Of a stretch of DNA of 64,000 nucleotides, positions 26,056 through 39,367 are shown piece by piece; the stretch's first letter is position 1; each line of letters opens with the position of its first letter. This DNA comes from Botryllus schlosseri (taxonomy: Eukaryota). A program made the position numbers and the translations under genes. Below the pieces are notes generated by a model. The model ran no database searches and was not told where the DNA came from. It saw nothing but the letters and a program-made list of their open reading frames with translations. The DNA lies in the NCBI GenBank assembly GCA_051294905.1, contig CM119371.1:28336001-28400000 (forward strand), given 5' to 3'.

Positions 26056-28092
26056 CAGGGTTGTAATGACTCGAGTCATGACTCGACTCGAGTCAGACTC
26101 GAGTCACGATTTTTTTATGACTCGACTTGACTCGAGTCATTTTCTTGAAATGGGAAAATGACTCGACTCGACTCGAGTCAATATTTGGATTGACTCGACT
26201 TGTACTCGAGTCATTACGCATGACTCGACCCAAGTCATTGACTCGGCTTATTTTATATGACTTGAAGATGAAGAAATTTGCGAATCATAATGGCTAGATC
26301 AACGCATCCGACGAATTCTGCCGACATCGCTATTTGTCACCACTGCTTTCGTTGCACTTGTTTCATATCAGATATGCCGCCGTAAAAACAACAGAAAATG
26401 ATACATAGTAGCAATGCATTGTACAAAATCGTCCAGTGATGAAGAGGTAATAGATCCTCCGCAATCAAAGTACTCAAGACTTTTCAATTATACAAGCAAA
26501 CAATTGAATCAAAATTCAATTAGAGCCAATGAAATGACTCAGATGGTGAAGAGACTGATAAGCTCATGTGTAGATTTGAAGGCGATGATTCTTTGCATTT
26601 TTGGGCGACTAGAAAGAATGAGTATTCAATGCTCTTCAGTGTGGTTCAAAAATGCTTGTCAATTCCTGCATCTAGTTCTAGTGCACTAGTGGAACGTGTA
26701 TTCAGTAGATGTGGATTCATTCTACGGCCATGCCGCTTTAACATATTTGAGGATCTCCTTTCCACATTAGTATTTTTGAGGTGTAACTCATTGACTTGAT
26801 CTGCTGTCTGTGAAAACACACAATGCCCCTCGTCCATTTGACGTTTTGTTAGGTATGTGCATTGTGCACGTGAGTAATAATGAATGGCTAATGCTGTGTG
26901 ATGTTTGTACAATATGGCTGTTCTAAAATAACTTTTTTTTTATTTTACTGGGTGGTTACTTGATAAAATTGTTATGTTGCATAAAAGGAACACTGAATCT
27001 GGCTTAATTTAAAAAAAGTGGAATCAATGATGTGAGAGGAGAATATTTTGGATTTGAAAATAAATGGAGTATTTTAGTGAGAAATTCTTTCATATAATAT
27101 AATTACATAGTAGTAAGCCGACTATTTTTTAATATCCAAAACATTCTAATCTAATAACTTCACTTTTTCTAGTTGAAATTGAGTCAAATTTGCTATGAAT
27201 CATATTTTTACACAATGTAACAATATCATGAGATAGCCGGTAAAATTCGAAAATCTCTATTTGAAATTAGTCCAAAATTTTCTTTCATAGCATTGCTTCC
27301 TACTGGTTGGAATTGAGCCAAATTTGATTTTTTAGGCAATCTAGCAATTTTAAGAAGTAGCCGGAAAATTTGAAAAAATGTTTTTGAACAGCCCCATTGT
27401 ACAATTATTTCTCCAATGCTGTAACTGCGATGTAGTCTGTAATGCACTTTAGTATAATCAAAAGGTATCTGTTCTGTTGTCACTGCACAATGCACATAGT
27501 TGCATGCACGCTTTTACAGCATGCTGGCCTGTTATAAATACCTCTACTTAAACATGCATCTATTGATTCTCTATCAACTAGTATCTTGACGTGAATTTGT
27601 TGGTTCTCTATCAGATAGTATGTAGACGTGAATTCGTTGGTTCTCTATCAGCTATCGTCGATGTGCTCATAATAAAAACTGAATGCTTGTATTGGTGATG
27701 TATCAGACTGACAAGAGAGATATTTGATTTTAAGTTCTAAGATTAGTAAAGTTATCTTTAGCATCGGTAAATGAGGCCAGGACATGTCCGTTATCTGCCT
27801 AAATAAACACGTGTCAAGACTCTGATAGGGACAAAATGAGCATGTTTCGCAAACAAGGAATTCGATATCACCCAAGCAGGATTGAAAACATGAGTTGAAC
27901 ATGACTTCAATACTGTGACTTGGACTCGACTCGAGTCATAACACCATGACTCGGACTTGACCCCTTAAACGGTGACTTGGACTCGGACTCGAGTCTGTGA
28001 TGAATTGAAAATGACTCGACTCGACTCGAGTCAATACCACAAAAGTATGATTGACTCGTGACTCGGAACCATGTGACTTGGTTACAACCCTG
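26056..28092 (+). mobile_element. hAT deletion derivative, GACTC-repeat family, copy 1
   Basis: TIR CAGGGTTGTAA...TTACAACCCTG; perfect TSD CTATTTCA (26048-26055, 28093-28100); dense GACTC/GAGTC subterminal arrays. Confidence 0.92.
26566..26799 (+). pseudogene. hAT C-terminal dimerisation domain remnant
   Basis: DSLHFWA...LSIPASSSSALVERVFSRCGFILRP...LVFLRCN; a degraded mirror copy lies at about 29975-30200. Confidence 0.75.
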
Positions 28093-28647
28093 CTATTTCA
28101 ACAACGTGCTCCTTCAAGCATAAAAAGCGGAGAGTTGATGGTAATCGCTGCCAGTGGTAGTGAGTGTGATAGATACGAGGCGGTAAACTGTGCCATCCGT
28201 GTTATTGCTATCAGAACACTTATATAGCAGCGTCGTGAAAGAGTAAGGCACGTAGTGCATATTTACATTGTTATGGTTCGCTCCTGTTGTTTTGATTTTT
28301 GTCGTTGTAGTAGATGACAATCGGCCGAGTATGGTTGGAAAGTTTAAATCAAGAGTTGAGTTATTGTCCTATGCTGTCATTTATATATTTAATTATCTTA
28401 TCCGACACGCATATTTAATACGTAGTTTGAAATTTAACGCTAGCGCTTTCTGTCTAGCATCGTCTTTTACTGCGCTATTAATTCTATGAAACAATGTGTT
28501 TCATTTCGTATATCTGATTATTTTCGGCTTACGTTAATTAATTAGTGATACGTACATATTACTATGTCTAATTTGTACAGAAAACTAATCGCCGGGTAGC
28601 TGACAGATGTCGCAGTGATTTACGTTCTCGGTGTGTAAGGTACAGCA

Positions 28648-30712
28648 CAGGGTTGTAACCAAGTCACATGGTTCCGAGTCACGAGTCAATCTGACTTTTG
28701 TGGTTTTGACTCGAGTCGAGTCATTTTCAATTCATCACCGACTCGAGTCCGAGTCCAAGTCAACGTTTTAAGTGTCAAGTCCGAGTCATAGTGTTATGAC
28801 CGAGTCGAGTCCAAGTCACAGTATTGAAGTCATGTTCAACTTATGTTTTCAATCCTGCTTGGGTGATTTCGAATTCCTTGCTTGCCAAACATGCTTATTT
28901 TGTCCCTATCATAGTCTTGGCACATGTTTATTTAGGCAGATAACGGACAGTTCCTGGCCTCATTTACCGATGCTACAGATAGACGAGACAGGCCGGCAAT
29001 ACGATAACTTTACTAATCTTAGAACTTTAAATCAAATATCTGTCAGTCTGATATATCACAAGTGCAAGCACTCAGTTTTTATTACTAGCACATCGACGAC
29101 CGCTCACAAATAGCTCATAGAGAATTAACGAATTCACGTCTGCATACTATCTGATAGAGAACCTACGAATTCACGTCTAGATACAAGCTGGTAGAAAATC
29201 ATCAAATAAACGTTTCTGTAGAGGTACGGTTTTGCTTTCACATTAAATCAGGTGGTTGACCAGAAAAATGTCAACTTTCCTGCTCAGCTCCCGAAGTAGT
29301 CGCCGGAGCGTTACTTTAGTGCTGATTTACTGTTATCTTAGTCGAATTTTCCCTACCTTTACGAAAAATTCTCAAAAATGAGGGCAGAATCATAAAAAGG
29401 AGGCTACTTCTTAAAATTGTTAGATTATCTGAAAGAACTTAAATTTAGCTCAATTCCAACCAGTAGAAAGCAATGCTAAGAGAAAATATTTTGAATTAAT
29501 TACAAATAGAGACTTTCGAATTTTACCGGCTACCTCATGATATTGTTAGATTGTGTAAAAGTATGATTCATAGCAAATTTGGCTCAATTCCAACTAGAAG
29601 AAGCGAAGTTATTAGAGTGGAATATTTTAAATATGAAAAAATAGTCGACTTACTACTAGTATGTAATTATATTATATGAAATCATTTCTCACTAAAAATA
29701 CTCCACGTATTTTCAAATCCAATATTTTCTCCTCTCATATCATTGATTCCACTATTTAAAATTAAGCCAGATTCAGTGTTCTTTTTATGCAACGTAACAA
29801 TTTTATCAAGTAGCCACCATGTAGAATAAAAAAGAAGTTATTTTTGATCGGCCCTATTGTACAAACATCACACAACATTAGCCATTCATTATTACTCACG
29901 TGGACAATGCACATATCTAACAAAACGTCAAATGGACGGAGGGTATTGTGTGTTTTCACAGACAGCAGATCAAATCAATGAGTTATACTTGAAAAATACT
30001 AAAGTGGAAAGGAGATTCCCATATATGTTGAGGCGGCATGGCCTTAGAATAATCCACATCCACTGGATACACGTTCCACTGGTGCATTAGATGCAGGAAT
30101 TGAAAAGCAATTTTTAACCACACTGAAGAGCATTAGATACTCATCCATTCTAGTCGCCCAAAAATACAAAGAATCATCACCTTCAAATCTACATATGAGC
30201 TTTTCAGTCTCTTCCAAGTAGGCTACTTCACCATCTGAGTCATTTCATTGGCTCTAATTGGACTTTGCTTCGATTGTTTGCTTGTATAATCGAAAAGTCT
30301 TGAGTACTATTACCTCTTCACCACGGGATTATTTTGTACAATGCATTGCTCTTTGCTACTATGTACCATTGTCTTTTGTTTTTACGACGGCATATCTGAT
30401 ATCAGACGAGTGCAACGAAAGCAGTGGTGACAAATAGCGATGTCGACAGAATTCGTCACATGCGTTGATCTAACCATTGTAATTCGCAAATTTCTTCACC
30501 TTCAAGTCATATAAAATAAGCCGAGTCAATGACTTGAGTCGAGTCATGCGTAATGACTCGAGTACAAGTCGAGTCAATCCAAATATTGACTCGAGTCGAG
30601 TCGAGTCATTTTCCCAATTCAAGAAAATGACTCGAGTCAAGTCGAGTCACAAAAAAAATCGTGACTCGAGTCTGACTCAAGTCGAGTCATGACTCGAGGC
30701 ATTACAACCCTG
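28648..30712 (-). mobile_element. hAT deletion derivative, GACTC-repeat family, copy 2 (inverted)
   Basis: Same TIRs; its own perfect TSD GTACAGCA (28640-28647, 30713-30720); reverse complement of 26056-28092 over most of its length. Confidence 0.92.
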
Positions 30713-31181
30713 GTACAGCATTACAGCACACCACGGCTCTCGCCTCTCTCGGTAAAAGTCGACTCATATCCCCTTGGTGGTCGTGTATCTGGTTGGGAAC
30801 CACTGTTGAATAGTTTACAATGAAAAAATCACCGTTCTAAATTTCCATGGAGCAAATACGGAATTGATACGAATGCGAATTAGGTGTTCTGAATACGCAC
30901 TACGTGTTATAAAATTATCCTAAAGCATATTGTTGTGTGATATGCTTGTCACAGACGGTAGGGGTGAATAAATCATCGCCAAATTTGCCGTGAAGGTACG
31001 TAAAAAGAAATACCCCAGGGATGGGAATATGATTACCAATAGTCTTGCTTTGGAACCAGAACTGGTTTTGTTGTTCGCGAATGGTACAGCGCCAATGGCG
31101 CAGTATACAAGTCTGACTCGTGTGGCGCTTGAAGCATGGGTTACGAAGTTCTGTGGCTAAAATTCCGGACACCCTTTATCG

Positions 31182-32117
31182 CAGTGATTCCCAACTTGTG
31201 GTATGCGTACCACTAGTGGTACGCGAAGGTCTTCCAGGTGGTACGCGAGTAGATTCTGTTATTTCTTCGACCGAAGGGAGGTATTAGTTAAGGTGGGGTT
31301 GAACACAAAGATTGTTCACCAATAAACTTAAGGCTTAGCATGGCCTCCTCGTACTCGACTCTAACTTCTCACGCTATTCCCCTGCTGCTAATTGTCCCTT
31401 CTACGTGGGAGTGCGAGCAAGGATTTTGAGCTCTGATGACTATCAAGTTAAAGAAACAAAACCGACTTGTTGCGCTCATGCATGACTTTCGATGTGCTGT
31501 GAGCAAACATATGCCACCCATCGACCAGCTAGTGCAGTGGTTCTCAAAATTGGGGGGGGGGCGGCGAAGTTGCGGCAAACTGAATTTTTTTCCGCGTTAC
31601 GCGCGATTCTCTGCGTGCATATTTAAGAATTCTCTTATCAACTGTCATATCCTTCCATGCCATCAAATTATTCGTTGGGACTGCTAGCATTCTGGATGCA
31701 TTTTTTGATGTGACGATAAGGGGGGGGGGCGCGAAATTTTACACTATCATAAAAGGGGCGTGTCTAAAAAAACTTTGAGAACCGCTGAGCTTGTTGAAAA
31801 TAGGCAAAGACAGCCATCGCATTAAAACAATTGACGTTTGCTGTTTGCTGTTATTTCATTATGTTGTTCTTCTTTCGTGACTGGTAGTGAAAAACAATTT
31901 CATGCATCCCATTAACCCTGGCTGATAATGCTGAGTTTAATAGTATTTGGCCTATTTGCTATTACGCCTCGCATTGGTCAACTACGTGATTATGACGTCA
32001 TGCATGACGGAAACATTTTCTGACGGCCTTCAGCGCGCGTAACTTATGTAGGTGGTACGCAAGCACTGCATGAAACCTCGAAATGGTACGTGGGTGAAAA
32101 ACGGTTGGGAACTACTG
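31182..32117. mobile_element. hAT MITE related to 5131-6620 (opposite orientation)
   Basis: CAGTGATTCCCAAC...GTTGGGAACTACTG; ends match the reverse complement of 5131-6620; TSD decayed. Confidence 0.75.
31535..31787. mobile_element. Nested short hAT MITE
   Basis: CAGTGGTTCTCAAA...TTTGAGAACCGCTG; TSD agctagtg/agcttgtt. Confidence 0.7.
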
Positions 32118-33849
32118 CTTGAGCGCCTGCCGCCTACTAGCTGGTTTTAGAATGACGTATGAAAACATTGTCTGTCAATCAAACGTCACGATAGTAAAGC
32201 TTTAACTATCGACTATATACAGGAGTGACGTGGAACATAGGTTCTGCTTGGGCAATCTCTAATGTCAGCTACGGTGATAGCTAAGGTCTGCAACATATTT
32301 TCCAAGGGCCGGATGAAATCATCTGGAGGGCCGTGTCCGGCTCGATGGTCGTGGGTTTAACAGCCCTGATATTCTGTTAGGTATATGCGGTAATCTGGTT
32401 GTGTGTTGTAACCGTGTTCAAAACAACATTTTTGCAACCCTATTCAGTACCCCAAAAATACTTATCTTAGGCCAATCATATAAGGTTATCGATGCAAATT
32501 CTTGGGGGCGTGTACTACACGCATATGGTTGTTAAATTTTGTGAATGAGCTCTGTCAATAACATTTGTTCTTACGTATAAAATTCACCAGCAGGCTGCAC
32601 ATACGGCGTTTGTTTCCAATTTCAAAATTTCACGTGACCCAGCTCAAAATTTGGTGAGCAAATTACTGAAAAGGGTCAGCTTATCCGGACGTACTCGCGG
32701 CCTAATTTGGAAGCTGATTACGTTCGTCATCTTCGCGCGGCGCAAATCGATATGAATACTCTATACCAGTAGTTCTCAACCGGTGGGGAATTTCCCACTG
32801 GTGGGGAATGGAATGGTTTCTGGTGGGAAATATACGCATTTATTGAACATCATATACAGAATAGTCTGTATATTTACGTAGACACATGCGCGATTCCATT
32901 ACCAGTCGCGGGGCATGGTATGGTATGGAATGGAATGAGAATCTTCCATACTCCATACCCGCCCAATCGTTCCATACCATACTTGACAATTTTCCATACC
33001 ATAGCAACATTCTTCTATCTATACCGTATTTAGGAATTATTCCATACTTTCGCAACTTGACCAACCTCTCAAGTGAAGTTCTATTTTTGATATGTGGAAA
33101 CGTTCCGGCGTATCTATTCTAATTATTTTGGATCAGATCATACATTTAAACGACCCTGATCCACCTATGATATCCCCAGTTTCTTTATATAATATGTCGT
33201 CAGCGATGTAGGAACGTATAATGTATACACACCGCATTATTTGGAAATCACAAGATAATCTCACGACATGTAAATCTAGTGTGGTAACGCACTGCTAGCA
33301 TAACCTCATATACAGAATTACATAAAACAAAGGTACTATCAAATTATAAGATAGGTTCCCAGCCTTTACACGCGTTAAAATTGTTCCTCCAATAAAATTT
33401 GATAGGACTTTCTTTTGTAAAGACTTGTTATTGGTGAAAGGTATGAACCCTAGAATAAAACAGCATGCAATAAAATAATGAGCAGTGAACTGGTAACCGT
33501 ACCCGTAATGTTCTGCCTCCTGAAAATGGATATATGAGGTATAATCCGACAGAAAATAGGAAGGGTTTGACATATTTGACACGTGCCATGCTTTAATAAT
33601 TTGGATCTGAAATCAATTTTAGGTTTTCAAAATGCTTTATTTCGCGTATTTCCAAAATCTCACATCAGATCGCCGGCCGCAATTGCAGTGAGTCTAAGCC
33701 CGGTTTATGTACAAAACGAGCCAAGCTTGATGTACAGACGTTAGCCATTCTCATGGTTATGGTAATCCACTGTGATTTGATATGAACTGATTTTTTGCTG
33801 TATTCGTTTCCCATTCAAAATTTCACTCAATTTCCAAGTTTTTGCAATT

Positions 33850-34108
33850 TCAGTAATTCTAATTCTAATATAGTTTCGAAAAAACTTTGTACCTCTAATT
33901 ATTATTTACTTTGGAAAAAACTGTGTAGCTCTAATTCTTATCTAATTTGGAAAAGGCTGTGTAGCTCTAATTCTAATTTTAACTAATTTAGAAAAAATTG
34001 TGTAGCTTTAATTCTAATTCAAATCTAATTAAAAAAAACTGTGTAGCTTTAATTCTAATTCTATTCTAATTCGGAAAATCTGAAAATTTTCTAGTTCTCC
34101 AAGTCTGC
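33850..34108. repeat. Degenerate tandem repeat (aaaactgtgtagctctaattctaat), probably MITE subterminal
   Basis: About 6 units of roughly 37-43 bp rich in TCTAAT, ending ctccaagtctg. Confidence 0.55.
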
Positions 34109-34478
34109 AGGTAACTGCTCTAGAATGAATGTATCCAAAATTATATTGCGTGTTGTTCACAAAACTCATTTTTAACTCTGGATAACGATTGAAGGCGTCA
34201 CAAACGCATCCAGAAAGGCCAGTATGACGTGTTATTATATTATTATTATTATTATTATTGGTAAAAACGATGAAAAGATAGTGACGCTTTTCACATTAAA
34301 GCCTTTTGCGTCACACCATAGCATGCATATGAGAAATGCACAAACTTATCATCCAAGAAATATTAGAATGATGAAAAAATAAATCGTCGACAGAGGCATA
34401 CACAGGCATATTTGAGTGATCTGTAGGCACACATCCAATTCGGAGACATAACCACTACGAATTCAGAGATATAAACAT

Positions 34479-37400
34479 TTAAATAAAACGCCTTGTTTCC
34501 TTGACATATTGAATGACATGATCCAACATGCATTCACTAGTTAATAGGTCTACTGTATTAAAAAGACTGTCATTATTAATATGGCGTTTCAGATTCGCAC
34601 GTTGCCGTACATACTTCAAACAGTTCATTAGATAATGATCGACGGTTTCGGGCAACGAACATTGTTCACATAGAGGAGAATCATTGCATCCAATCTTATG
34701 CAGGTGGTAGTTGAGCCGACAATGGCCTGATCTCAACCGAAACAGAATGATTTGCTCTTTTCTCGATGCTAAATTTGGTAACCTCTTGTAAATCGCGTCT
34801 TTGATGAGCTTGTACTGACTTCCGGTGTCGCTTGTCCTGTACAGTTGATCCCAGTTGTTTCTGCACGAGTTCCAAAGGAGCGAGTACGCATCCCCTACGG
34901 AGACGAAGTCCAATTGTTGACGGGGCGGTGTTTCTGATGCTGTAGCGCTTCTTGCAAATTGGTCGGCGATTTCATTGTGCTGAATACCACAGTGTACTGG
35001 AATCCACACAAGTGATACTGTGACCTCGCGTTGTTTCAATTGGTGTATCTTCTCGACTATCTCGGTAATGAGGAGAGGAGCTGCGAAATTGAAATTTGCT
35101 ATACACGTTAATGCGCTCAAGCAATCACTGAGTATTGCCACTCTACTGTGGATATTATTCAGCACCCAAGATAGGGAATCTGAAATTGCGATTAGTTCGG
35201 CTGAGAATACTGAAAAATAGGGCGGCAATGAATTTGCAGACGTAGTAATATTTGGAATATGATAAGCGTATCCACACCCTGTCTCAGTCTTGGATCCATC
35301 TGTGAAAATCTGAGTGTAGCCATGATATGTAGAGAGTATATGATCTAATGATACTGATTTTCTGACATCGGGGGGATTTATCTTGCGTATTGAGTGGCAC
35401 AAAGAAAGGTCCACATTTGCTGTTAAAATTGTCCATGGAGGAGTCGTCGAGATTTCGCTTCCACAAATCCGTAGTTGGTCAATATCAGCAACCCTAGATA
35501 GGATATTAAAGGTGACGAACCGTCTATTTAGCAGAGTGTATGTTTCTTCCCACGAGCTTTCGAGTATATCATTGGCCAGATTGTCCTGTTGCGTTTTTAG
35601 ATGGTAGCGATACTTTGAGCATTTCAACGCATGTCTATTTTTCAAAGGCATGTCATTGCATTCGGCCTCTAGGACGCATATCGGCGTGCTTCTCATAGCC
35701 CCAGTGCATATTCTGAGTGCCTGGTTACGTAATGTCTCGATTTTTGTTAAATGCGTCTTGGGGGCGAAAAAGTACGCTTCCATACCATATTCTAAGACAG
35801 ATATAATAAGAGTTTTGTATATAACTAACAAGGTTTCTTTACATGCGCCCCATGATGTGCCACAAAGCATTCGCATAAAGTTAATTCTCTTCATACATTT
35901 GTCAGCGACATAGGTGATATGACGTTGATAAGTCAGTTTACTGTCAAAATAGATACCGAGGTATTTGAAAGAGTTCACAAACCGTATTGAATTTTCCCCC
36001 ACATAGATCTCGGGCATTGTGTATTTTCTTTTCTTTGTGAATAAGACGGCCTCTGTTTTTTCGACAGATATGATAAATCCCCATTTTTCGCACCATCTTT
36101 GAATCTTGTTGAGGTCATCCTGTATTCGGTTCTTGAGATCCTGTATCTTTAGCGACGTCTCCCAGATAACACAGTCGTCTGCATATAAACCAAATTGACA
36201 AAACAATGTTGAGGGTAAGTCATTAATCATTATTGAAAACAAAATTAGACTAATTACACTCCCCTGCGGTATGCCATTCTCTAATATATACCTTTCGGAT
36301 AGACTCGCGCCTACCCGCACTTGAAACGTCCTGTTTTGGAGAAAATTTGCAATCCATGACAACATGTAACCGGCGACACCCATGCGTTTCAGTTTGAAGA
36401 CAACTGCTTCCCGCCAGACCATATCATAAGCGCGCTGTATGTCGAGGAATACTGCGAGTACGAATCTTCCATTATTGATAGCTTTGTATATATCATCGTG
36501 CAGCCGCATTACATTGTCCAGTGCTCGTCTTCCCCGTCTGAAACCACATTGCGACGAATTCAACAGTTTGTTCTTCTCTAAGTACCAATTAAGTCTAGTC
36601 GTTATCATCGTTTCTATTATCTTGCAAAAGTGACTGGTCAAGGAAATCGGTCTGTATGAATTGGGTGACGACACATCCTTCTTCTGTTTCGGTATAGGGA
36701 TAACTATGGAATGCTTCCAGTCTTGCGGTATATCCCCTCTTATCCATGAAAGGTTGATAATATTCAGCATATTTTCCAGTCCTCCAGAAGGAAGGTGTTT
36801 GAACATTGAATAACACAAGATATCAGCTCCAGGTGACGTATTCTTTTTTCCGTTTATCGCCATCAACAACTCCTTCATGGTAAATAAATCATTGAGCTTG
36901 TCGTTGTTTTCGGTATTTCTGGTACATTCTGGTACTACCAGTGGGATACTGCGTGTAAACGTTGGCGAAAAATTACTGGAACTGCTTACTTTTTGGAAAG
37001 TCCGTGCAAGAACATCGGCTTTCTGTTTGCTTTCCGCGATATTCCTACCATCAATCTTCAACGTTGCTACTGACGTGTTATTCGATTTGTCAGAGAGAGA
37101 TTTAACAACCCTCCATGCCTGTTGGAAATTGGCTTTATTACCGAGATTATCGCAATACGAAGTCCATGATTCCGTTTGCATGCTAAAATTGTTCTTCTGC
37201 ACTCGGCTCTCATTTTCTTGAACTGTATTATGTCAGTAGGATTGAAGGATCTTTTCATTTTGAGAAACGCAGCTTTCTTCCTTCGGACTGCCCTGGCACA
37301 TTTGTCATTCCACCATGATTTCGGCGCCTTCCTATAGCTTCGCGTCATTGGAATTGAGAGGCTTGCTGCATGCACAATCCTCTCCGAGAAATCCGCTACC

Positions 37401-38190
37401 GCTTCATCAACGGAACTGCAGAAGTCGGCAGTCTGCGGGTACGTGAAGTGACTGCTGAAGCTATACCAGTCGGCTTTCTTGAGAGACCAGTTTAGAGGCC
37501 GTAACTCTATACCCTCTCTGCACGCGCCATAAAATAGGTTGATACGATAAGATGGTCACTTCCCATGAGATCATCTGTTACTGATGTGTTACATTTATAG
37601 GCTATGTCAGATGATGCAATGCATAAGTCAATGAGATACCACCTCCTGATTGCGTTGATAGCGATGTTCACGTGAGTTGGCATCGTGGTGTTCAAGATGA
37701 CTAGGTTAAAACGATCCAATGAATCGTACAGAATAGCACCTCTTTTATTTGCCCTATCCGATCCCCAGGCCTGGTGATGGGAATTGAAGTCTCCCACTAT
37801 GATAGATTTTGTTGCTAGTTGGTTCAGAAAGACGAAATCATTTTTTGTTGAAGGAGAGTCCGGGGCTATGTATACATTACAAATCTTGTTACCAGCAACA
37901 ACGATACATAGAACATCGATTCGTTCAGGCGCAACAATATCGACGCAGCTATGCGGAATATCCTCCCTGATTAGGATTGCTAATCCACCACTGCGTACAG
38001 TTTTGTCCTTTCTGTATAGCTGATATCCATCAAATTTCGGCTTATATCTTTCCACCAAGTGCGTCTCTTGCAACACAATTATGTCTGGCGGTTGTGCGAG
38101 CTCGCCAATGTATCTCTTAAACTCCGGCAATTTTCGATAAATTCCTCGGCAATTCCATTGTAAAATATGGATTCCGTCACTGCTGAACAT
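34479..38190 (-). pseudogene. LINE ORF2 (endonuclease-reverse transcriptase-RNase H), two frameshifts
   Basis: EN: ILQWNCRG, LQETHL, VGDFNSHH, GSDH. RT: YRPISLTS, QCGFR, FLDIQRAYD, GIPQGS, YADD, KYLG. RNase H: FTDGSK, AELIAI, SDCLSAL, NEIADQ. C-terminal CEQC...H...C. Frameshifts near 37510-37530 and about 37185. Confidence 0.93.
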
Positions 38191-38244
38191 TTTGAGGTAT
38201 TTAGCTGAGCATAGTCTTCAGGGATTCAGTGTCAATGGCCACGC

Positions 38245-38394
38245 TCAACCATTTTTTGTAGCAGACGAAATCAGGCAAGACATATCTACAGCAGCGTCGG
38301 ACCGACTGGCAAGTACCGACTCGTTCACTATATCTGTTAAGAAGGCGAAAAACAAAAGCGGATGAACACCCGCAAAGAGTGACTGCAACTTCGG
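38245..38394 (-). pseudogene. LINE ORF1, C-terminal part (separated from 53826-54899)
   Basis: Joining 53826 to 38394 continues the frame ...GSDNV|PKLQSLFAGVHPLLFFAFLTDIVNES...KNG* for 49 codons, ending shortly before the ORF2 start. Confidence 0.8.
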
Positions 38395-38454
38395 AACGTT
38401 AGTAGTGTATATGATCGCTCGTGACTTGGTGTTTTTTGCATGGGGCTCTTATGG

Positions 38455-38680
38455 GCCCGCTCGACCGGTGCCTCGAAACTCGTGTTGAACCGGTGACCCT
38501 TTTGACCCCCCCTTCCGCTCGACCGGTGCCTGGGTTGGTATAGGCATCTCTCGACCGGTAACCCTTTTCGGTATAGGGATCGCTCAACCGGTGCCTCGAA
38601 ACTCGTCTTGAACCGGTGACCCTTTTCGGTATATGCATCACTCAACCGGTGTTAGTATAGCCATCTCTCGACCAGTGTTG
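38455..38680. repeat. Subterminal ACCGGT-containing repeats (mirrored at about 53545-53770)
   Basis: Repeated cgctc(g/a)accggtgcctcgaaactcgt...gaaccggtgaccctttt units. Confidence 0.75.
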
Positions 38681-38935
38681 AATATGTATCAAGTAAATAG
38701 TCATGTGAATGAATCTTTGTTAATGTGTATATCGTAAATTATTTTATATGATGTAGCTCAGTCGTGGCAAATGACCGATCGTGTTCTAAGTCTTTCCTCA
38801 CTATTGATCGCTAGCTGAATAATACTTCAGATCGGACTATTCGCACCTTGTATACCGCTGTTTCGCACCTATAGAATAGTCTGCTGTTCACAGTCACAAC
38901 AAGAATCACAAGTATACACATTACACATTCATTTA

Positions 38936-39367
38936 TTACTCTGAAATCAAACTCTTCACAAAAGCACGCACAATCGTATCATTCACTTTTTTATCATCAC
39001 CAAAATAATTCAAGTATTCCTTGGCTGAAAATCCTTGAGCTCGTTTTATCAAGAATGCTATAGCACGATCTCCACACACATCCGAAGTTATACTCTGTAA
39101 CTGTTTCCCGGTCACGGAAAATTCATCCGGCTCCAGGAATTCGATTATGTGAGGTTTTAGTGGTCCGAAACCTAGTGAATCATGAAAATGTGTATCGTCA
39201 TCTCTGTACACCCAGTGAGACCCAGGCAAACTCGATTCATCGTAATTAATGGTGATAGCGAATTTTCCGCTAGTTGGTTTCTTTGGTAATTGGTCTGCTG
39301 GATAAGTTCCTAGATATAGACTTCGTGTATCAGGATGGTTATAGAGAATATCATTGATCTCGCTTAT
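38936..39367 (-). pseudogene. Polinton adenain-like cysteine protease (left-arm copy), no ATG
   Basis: Mirror of 52859-53290 (H/Q difference: KPHII versus KPQII). Confidence 0.8.

Noticed and set aside
26056..30712. A single large foldback element
   Set aside because: Each half has its own TIR pair and a distinct 8-bp TSD.
35020..38023. Plus-strand ORFs over LINE ORF2, and those over the hAT transposase (23265-24851)
   Set aside because: Antisense shadows of recognisable minus-strand coding sequence.
38395..38400. AACGTT as part of the TIR rather than a TSD (it is self-complementary, and 6 bp preserves frame either way)
   Set aside because: AGTAGT is a typical Polinton terminus, and the related end at 11148 is followed by a different hexamer.
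38337..38645. ORFs in the terminal repeats (also 53581-53871)
   Set aside because: They are translations of subterminal ACCGGT repeats, lack a true ATG start, and run across the element boundary.
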